Part shown: piece by piece, positions 58,539 through 64,000 of the stretch
Numbering within the stretch: the stretch's first letter is position 1
Layout of the letters: the number at the start of each line of letters is the position of its first letter
Source: Arenicellales bacterium
Lineage (GTDB): Bacteria; Pseudomonadota; Gammaproteobacteria; Arenicellales; JAJDZL01
Assembly (NCBI GenBank): GCA_965243305.1
Contig: CBDEUN010000003.1
Span: forward strand, 1,669,845-1,733,844
Reading direction: 5' to 3'
Length of the DNA: 64,000 nt
The notes under the pieces: model-generated
What the model saw: only the letters and a program-made list of their open reading frames with translations
What the model was told of the DNA's origin: nothing
Database searches by the model: none
Position numbers and translations under genes: made by a program

Positions 58539-59870
58539 CACTGGTGTCCCGTTAACGAGAGAAGAAAGATTTGTATCTGATTGATAACAATAAGATAAAA
58601 CACTGTTTTGGGGTGTTGGCGATTTCAGCGCAGAATGCACCGACACCGCGCCACATTGTTGTTGTCAATCTAGAGGTCTCAATCATGCATTCGGGCAAAT
58701 ATGTTTTCTCTCAAGTCATGGATTTTTCACCGTGGCACACATTCGACCGATGTGTACGCCGCTATCAGGGCGACCGCAGAGTCCGTTCGTTTCGCTGCTC
58801 CCAACACTACCGCGCCATGGCGATTGCCCAACTGAACCGCCGAAGCAGCCTGCGAGACCTGGTCATCTGTCTGCGTGCCCATGGGGACAAATTGTATCAT
58901 CTCGGTTTGTCCGGCGGCATTCACCGAAACACGCTGGCAAAAGCCAACGAGCGGCGCGACTGGCGCATCTATGCCGACTATGCCCAGCGTCTGATTGCAC
59001 TGGCCCGCCCGCTTTACGGTCCCGAAGACACTGAGTTGAACCTTCAGGAAACCGTCTATGCACTCGACTCCTCAACCATCGACCTGTGCCTGTCACTGTT
59101 TCCGTGGGCACGGTTTCGAAAAACCAAGTCCGGCATCAAGCTGCATACGTTGTTGGATTTGCAGGGAAACATTCCCTCATTCATCGAAATCACCGAAGCG
59201 AAGCTCAACGACGTGAACATTCTTGATGCACTGTTGCCAGAACCCGGTGCAATTTACGTGATGGACCGTGCCTACCTTGATTACCAGCGTCTATACACGT
59301 TTCACCAGCTCGGCAGTTATTTCGTGGTGCGCGCCAAGTCAAAAACACCCAGTTCCGCCGGCTTTACTCGCATGCAAACAACCGGGGAAAAGGGGTGGTC
59401 TACGACCAAAGCGGTGTGCTGACTGGAACTGAAAGCGCAAAGCGTTACCCAGACAGGCTGCGACGCATCAGGTATGTCGACCGGGAGCGGGACAGGACCT
59501 TGATCTTTCTGACCAACAATACCTATCTGCCGGCACTGACCATCGCTGAGCTGTATAAAAACAGATGGCAGGTGGAACTGCATTTCAAGTGGATCAAACA
59601 GCATCTGCGAATCAAGTCGTTCTACGGCACCAGTGAAAATGCGGTCAAGACTCAAATCTGGATCGGGGTTTCGGTATATGTGCTGCTTGCCATCATCAAA
59701 AAACGGCTTGGCTTGGATACCAGTCTCTACACTATTTCGCAGCTTCTGGATACGACACTGTTTGAGAAAATCCCGCTTTATCAACTATTTACAGATCACG
59801 GATACAATCTGGAACCGGTGCCCGGGCCTAAGCAGTTGAAATTATTTGATTTTTAAACGGGACACCAGTG
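58539..59870 (+). mobile_element. IS4/IS5-superfamily insertion sequence (DUF4372 + DDE_Tnp_1 type), 1332 bp
   Basis: 15-bp perfect terminal IR CACTGGTGTCCCGTT. 9-bp direct repeat ACTTAATTT at 58530-58538 and 59871-59879. Confidence 0.85.
58685..59856 (+). pseudogene. IS4-type DDE transposase, frameshifted at an A5 run (59341-59345)
   Basis: MHSGKYVFSQVMDFSPWHTFDRCV...FVVRAKS in one frame. It continues KNTQFRRLYSH...LTNNTYLPALTIAELYKNRWQVELHFKWIKQHLRIKSFYGTSENAVKTQIW in the -1 frame. Confidence 0.8.
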
Positions 59871-59972
59871 ACTTAATTTTGATTTTTTCGCATTGTCTAA
59901 AAAACGTTATTCAAAATTTTTACGTAAGAAGTACAATTCCGAGTTAAGGTTAAATTGAAAGCGTACTTCGGC

Positions 59973-60006
59973 AAAAGTTCGAATTCTTCCCTGCCGTGCC
60001 CACCAA
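59973..60006 (+). repeat. Degenerate copy 2 of the tRNA(CAT) 3' end (att-like)
   Basis: AAAAGTTCGAATTCTTC-CCTGC-CGTGCCCACCA. The upstream 54 nt align with copy 1 without gaps, about 41/54 identical. Confidence 0.55.
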
Positions 60007-60165
60007 TTCTTCAAGTTAGCTACTAACTGAAAAGCTAACTACACAGTCATTCGTCGTATTTTTGACTGTTAGATGCTGATCATTTGAAGTTGAGGTAGTT
60101 TCCAAAAATGTTATGAATACTATATAATTATCATCGATTATATAGAATAAATAAAATCAAGCATT

Positions 60166-60771
60166 TTGAAAAGAGAAACATTACGAGATCGGGCTTTGGA
60201 ATTGGCTCGTAGCGGTGAGATACTGCGGGCTAAAGACTTTTATGCTGCAGGTGTGCCGCATACGTATCTGCGGCGGCTTCAGGATGAGGGCGTATTATTG
60301 CGCATAGGACGCGGTATCTATCAATACACAGAAGCAGAAATTACCGCTTCACACAGTTTGGCAATGGTGTCGAAAGCGATTCCACAAGGTGTAATCTGCC
60401 TTCTGTCAGCACTCCAATTCCACGTATTGACTACTCAACTGCCACACCAGGTTTGGGTGTTTATTGAACATGGCAGATGGACTCCTCTGAGTTTACCCGT
60501 GTCGTTGCGTGTCATTCGATCCAGTTCTGAAGCACTTTCGGTAGGTTTGGAGCGTCATAGGATCGAAGGGGTATCGGTGCCAATTACAATTCCAGCCAAA
60601 ACGGTCGCGGACTGTTTCAAGCATCGAAACAAGGTAGGAACGGATGTTGCGATTGAAGCTCTGAAGGAATGTCTATCTCGTAAACAAGCCACTGTCAACG
60701 AAATTTGGCGGTTTGCGGAAATGAATCGAGTTGCCAGTGTTATGAGACCGTATTTCGAAGCCATCGTATGA
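60166..60771 (+). CDS. AbiEi-family (type IV TA antitoxin-like) transcriptional regulator, no AbiEii partner
   Basis: LRAKDFYAAGVPHTYLRRLQDEGVLLRIGRGIYQY winged-helix N-terminus plus AbiEi C-domain. TTG start; the downstream 120 nt are non-coding. Confidence 0.7.
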   Translation: MKRETLRDRALELARSGEILRAKDFYAAGVPHTYLRRLQDEGVLLRIGRGIYQYTEAEITASHSLAMVSKAIPQGVICLLSALQFHVLTTQLPHQVWVFIEHGRWTPLSLPVSLRVIRSSSEALSVGLERHRIEGVSVPITIPAKTVADCFKHRNKVGTDVAIEALKECLSRKQATVNEIWRFAEMNRVASVMRPYFEAIV

Positions 60772-60892
60772 CTCAAACAAGCACAATAGTGAGTGGGTTG
60801 TTAGAAACGGACTTTTCGATTGGCTAACGCTTCATGCATAGATGACTTGTGAATTAGCTACTTGAAGATAGCCTCGGCACAATGGAAGATTA

Positions 60893-61228
60893 CTATCTAG
60901 TGCTCAATCGATGGATCGGAACTTCTCTCACTTGTCCGGGATTTACATCTTCGTCTGCTGTGTGAATTTCCTGAATGCAATTCTTCACCCGCGCCCATGC
61001 CGTGGACATCAATACTACAATTGCAAGTCTTCTACCAGCTAGGTTTTGTTGATATCGCATACTCTGATCCGTGGTCACTATGACTTCATAACCTTCTTCT
61101 CCGGCCTTATGGATTAACTCTCCATTCTCAAATAACTCCCATCCTTTCTCCGCGGACCTGTCCACGGAATGTTCTGTAAGGTGTAATCGTAAGGATGAGG
61201 GAGTACCGTGGTCGAACGGAATCTTCAC
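60893..61228 (-). CDS. DUF5615-family (PIN/Mut7-C-like) putative toxin
   Basis: 111 aa, MKIPFDHGTPSSL...VIVTTDQSMRYQQNL pattern. Its start overlaps the stop of the upstream DUF433-containing gene by 4 nt. Confidence 0.6.
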   Translation of the reverse strand: MKIPFDHGTPSSLRLHLTEHSVDRSAEKGWELFENGELIHKAGEEGYEVIVTTDQSMRYQQNLAGRRLAIVVLMSTAWARVKNCIQEIHTADEDVNPGQVREVPIHRLSTR

Positions 61229-62535
61229 GATTCGGCAATTGACTTTAGGGATTCAATTTCGTGATCGAGAACAGCCGCCACCTGCCATTCGTTTACCTCG
61301 GGGTACCATTTCAGGAAGTCTTTAACAGTCGCCCCACTTTCCAGATTCTCAAATAGCGCATACACTGGCACCCTGGTTCCTATAAATGCCCAAGCTCCGC
61401 TTATATTGTGAGGGTCACGTTCCACTGCTGTGCATGCATTCCAATTCGTCATTGGTTCTGATCTACCAATACTACCCTCCAGATTGCCTTCCAGTTTTCG
61501 ACTCATGTGAAATCGATAAACCGACATGCCTAGTAGTTCAGCTGCTTTTGATTCTCCGATATATTCTTCGGCCAACGCTCGACATACGAGTTGTTTGAAC
61601 CGAAATGTACTTTCCTTAGGATAGGGTTCACCGGGCTCTTTTTTTCGCCAGCCTAGCTTGCTGAATTCTATGAAGTACTGTTTTTTCAGATTGGCGGATA
61701 TCACACCGCACTGTTCCAAACGCATAAGGATCGCCGTCATACTGATGCCGAACTCTTGCTTTAGCAGCAACAGTTCAATTGGTTCGATCGTATGTCGGTG
61801 CTTTCCCATAATTTCCACAACGGCTTTTTTCGGCAATAGAAACGCGCCGGCAAATCGATTGCATGCCTTCTCTTCATCAAGGTTTTCAGCTAAACGGTTG
61901 AACAGTACGAGATGACCCAGTTCATGAGCCAATGTAAAGCGTTGGCGGTCACCGGTTAAATGGTTGGAAAATACAACAACTGGAATATTGCCGATTCGGC
62001 CAGCTAGTCCGTCAAACCGATTGACTCCTTCCACTTGCGTACAGATGATCATGGCGCCTTTGGACTCCATTGCAGTGACGAGTTCTGGTATTGGGTCCAA
62101 CCCCAGGTTCCATGCCTGGCGCATTTGGTTGGAAATATCTTCGATATCCTCATAGTCACTCACTTCTGCGGGAAGTTCGGCAGGCAATGAAAATGTCGGA
62201 ATGGGATTGTCTGTATCTGGATACAGGTCAAGTAGCATGGACCATCGCTCAGCCTGATTCATCACATCTACTGTTAATCGATTGAGCAGTTTCTTTGGGA
62301 GGTTGGATTTTTTTCGATACTCAATTTCCTGAAGTTCAACCTCTACCGGTCGGAAAAAATATTCAGTGCGTACGTTCAGCGCATTTGCCATCTTCAGCAG
62401 ATTGTTTGACGACGGCATATTGATGCCGTGTTCATACTTCTTTATTGCATTGGCAGACACACCAACCTCTTCGGCTAGTTTACTCATGGAAAGCCCAGCT
62501 GCTTTACGTGCGCGCTTCAAACGTTGAGCAAACAT
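61225..62535 (-). CDS. Tripartite fusion: XRE HTH + ImmA/IrrE (M78) metallopeptidase + C-terminal DUF433
   Basis: HTH LSMSKLAEEVGVSANAIKKYEHG. Zinc motif FTLAHELGHLVLF. C-terminal ERDPHNISGAWAFIGTRVPVYALFENLESGATVKDFLKWYPEV matches the DUF433 signature. Confidence 0.75.
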   Translation of the reverse strand: MFAQRLKRARKAAGLSMSKLAEEVGVSANAIKKYEHGINMPSSNNLLKMANALNVRTEYFFRPVEVELQEIEYRKKSNLPKKLLNRLTVDVMNQAERWSMLLDLYPDTDNPIPTFSLPAELPAEVSDYEDIEDISNQMRQAWNLGLDPIPELVTAMESKGAMIICTQVEGVNRFDGLAGRIGNIPVVVFSNHLTGDRQRFTLAHELGHLVLFNRLAENLDEEKACNRFAGAFLLPKKAVVEIMGKHRHTIEPIELLLLKQEFGISMTAILMRLEQCGVISANLKKQYFIEFSKLGWRKKEPGEPYPKESTFRFKQLVCRALAEEYIGESKAAELLGMSVYRFHMSRKLEGNLEGSIGRSEPMTNWNACTAVERDPHNISGAWAFIGTRVPVYALFENLESGATVKDFLKWYPEVNEWQVAAVLDHEIESLKSIAES

Positions 62536-62643
62536 ATCAGTCCTCCATGTTTGTTCTGAGATAGGTTTACATATTATAATTTAATATCGGTTATATAAAC
62601 CCACCTGCGCGAAGGCCGTAAATTGAAATTAGGGAGTAATGCA

Positions 62644-62868
62644 ATGAGTAGAAAAGGTCAACATGTCGTTCCCAGAGGTGATTAATGGGCAGTTCGCAAG
62701 ACTGGTTCTGATCGAGTAACACGGAAGTTTGATACTCAACGAGAAGCTAAAAAAGTCGCACGTGAGTTCGCTCGGAATCAGAAAACAGAACTTTACATCC
62801 ACGGGCGTGATGGCCGAATTCGCGAACGTGATTCCTATGGAGATGATCCGTTTCCACCACCAGAATGA
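62644..62868 (+). pseudogene. DUF2188-family small protein with in-frame TAA at codon 14 (62683-62685)
   Basis: MSRKGQHVVPRGD*WAVRKTGSDRVTRKFDTQREAKKVAREFARNQKTELYIHGRDGRIRERDSYGDDPFPPPE, the canonical DUF2188 sequence apart from the stop. Confidence 0.7.
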
Positions 62869-62899
62869 ATGAATTGTGGTCGATGCTAAATTTAATCAG

Positions 62900-63170
62900 A
62901 ATGTCTTTGAAAATTGTCCAGTCGACCCCGACTACAAACCCATTATGTAGGCAGTTCTTTTCTGCCTCTTTCGATTCGAATTCAAACTGCATCACTGAGA
63001 TTGTCAACGGTTGGCGTTCTATTGCCGGTGATTCGGCTTTGAGATTAGGGCAATACTTTGGAACTTCTGGAGAGTTTTGGCTCAACCTCCAAAACTCTGC
63101 GAATTGCGCTTAGCACAGGAAAAAACGGAGCAGAATTTATCCAGTTGCCGACGCTTGATGTGAGTAAGGG
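62900..63170 (+). pseudogene. Decayed HigA-type (XRE) antitoxin gene
   Basis: ITEIVNGWRSIAGDSALRLGQYFGTSGEFWLNLQ is the HigA core. The expected N-terminal (FLPLSI...) and C-terminal (ELRLAQEK) parts are only found in other frames. Confidence 0.55.
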
Positions 63171-63312
63171 TCTGTGTGCGGCAGATTGATAGTGAGACAC
63201 ACCCTTGGCGATTCAAAATACTTGTAAACTCGAACAAGAAACCCTACGCCTTTAGAAGCAGGCGAATTTCGAATTTAAATTTGAGGGTTGCAGAGGTTTA
63301 GATATGCTGCAA

Positions 63313-63325
63313 CCGTGCCCACCAA
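63313..63325 (+). repeat. Copy 3 of the tRNA 3'-end-like motif (CCGTGCCCACCAA), preceded by an 8-bp hairpin
   Basis: GGTTGCAG-aggtttagatat-CTGCAACC then GTGCCCACCAAG. Shares the 13-mer with copy 2 exactly. Confidence 0.4.
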
Positions 63326-63531
63326 GTCTAGATTGTTAATTCTGTTGAACTCTCTGTAGTTAATTCAACAGTTGATTTTTACGTTACAAAAATTTTCGAA
63401 TATTCCAAATATGACGATGCAACCCCACATGCTTCAAATTACGACATCTACATCATAATAACTTCGAAGATTCTGACTGAATCAGATAATAGTATTAAAT
63501 ACAGATAATTATGACATTAATATATAATATT

Positions 63532-63566
63532 GATGTCGTATAATTGCATCTGATAGATGTCGTATA
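63532..63566 (+). promoter_or_regulatory. Direct repeats GATGTCGTATA (x2, 24-bp spacing) overlapping TATAAT boxes upstream of the DUF6088/AbiEi-like gene
   Basis: Repeats at 63532-63542 and 63556-63566. An inverted partial copy TACGACATC lies at 63440-63448. TATAAT at 63539-63544; the ATG at 63583 lies 16 nt after the second repeat. Confidence 0.5.
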
Positions 63567-63582
63567 TTTGTAGAATAGTACT

Positions 63583-64000
63583 ATGGTTCTTAAAACTTTG
63601 GAAAGCAGGGTCAGATACAGATTGAGTCGCAGCAAAGATTCGGTTTTCACACCCATGGATTTCTTAGACTTATCAGACCGCGACCAGACAGGCCGAGTGT
63701 TAAGAAAATTGGTTGCTGAACAGTCTCTTATCAAGATTGGCCGCGGTTTGTATGCGAAGACTAAGACATCCTCTGTAACAGGAAAAAAAATACCTGCTAA
63801 ACCCCTACCTGATTTGGCAAAGGAGGGACTGACTAAAATTGGTGCACGTGTTGTTCCGTCACGTGCTGAGCTGGCATATAACTCGGGCAAAACAACTCAA
63901 GTGCCAACAGGGCGAGTTTTAGCAATCAAGGGCAAGCGTGTTTCTCGCAAGATCGGTTATAACGGAAATTTCATTGTTTTAGAACGTAGTGCTCGACAGT
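63583..64000 (+). CDS. DUF6088 / AbiEi-like antitoxin-domain protein, 3' end beyond the window
   Basis: Absent from the ORF track because it runs off the end. Own translation: MVLKTLESRVRYRLSRSKDSVFTPMDFLDLSDRDQTGRVLRKLVAEQSLIKIGRGLYAK... Confidence 0.6.
   Translation, partial: MVLKTLESRVRYRLSRSKDSVFTPMDFLDLSDRDQTGRVLRKLVAEQSLIKIGRGLYAKTKTSSVTGKKIPAKPLPDLAKEGLTKIGARVVPSRAELAYNSGKTTQVPTGRVLAIKGKRVSRKIGYNGNFIVLERSARQ

Noticed and set aside
1-64000. Looked for CRISPR arrays, rRNA genes and integrase/recombinase genes
   Set aside because: No regularly spaced 25-40-nt repeats, no rRNA-like sequence, and no ORF with tyrosine- or serine-recombinase motifs were found anywhere in the window.

Overview
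Bacterial chromosomal window of roughly 45% GC by eye, probably a marine proteobacterium; the taxon cannot be fixed from sequence alone. There are three zones.

(1) 1-8.7 kb holds housekeeping and accessory genes: a partial HlyD-type efflux adaptor, tRNA-Ser(CGA), a YjgN/M48 peptidase pair, a DUF4143 ATPase and a molybdopterin oxidoreductase. An IS1595-family element sits just upstream of the tRNA.

(2) 8.9-33.2 kb is a large organic-acid/acyl-CoA catabolic cluster. It encodes a two-subunit Fe-S hydro-lyase, an Sdh/Frd-like flavoprotein with two membrane anchors, three tandem paralogous AMP-forming acyl-CoA synthetases and an N-formylglutamate amidohydrolase-like protein. It also encodes an isochorismatase-family hydrolase, an SCP-x type thiolase, a DctPQM TRAP transporter, a GlcD-like FAD oxidase, a displaced SdhB-like Fe-S subunit, an enolase-superfamily enzyme, acetoacetyl-CoA synthetase and an Lrp/AsnC regulator. 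An IS1380-family element interrupts the cluster.

(3) rpsU-dnaG is followed by a CAU-anticodon tRNA. From there to the window end (35.8-64 kb) lies a mosaic, IS-riddled defence/toxin-antitoxin island.
- A two-module amino-methyltransferase with a DUF3883-type nuclease (R-M candidate).
- Uncharacterised modules: a 705-aa DUF4238 protein with a divergent beta-class methyltransferase, and a 291-aa/194-aa gene pair.
- A QatABCD system whose qatA is split by a second IS1595 copy.
- A HicB orphan and a 5'-truncated DExH helicase abutting a second IS1380 copy.
- A frameshifted IS4-type element and AbiEi-like genes.
- An XRE-ImmA/IrrE-DUF433 fusion with a DUF5615 partner.
- Decayed DUF2188, HigA and DUF6765 genes.

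Three degenerate copies of the tRNA 3' end subdivide the island, which suggests serial integrations. No rRNA, CRISPR array or integrase gene was seen.
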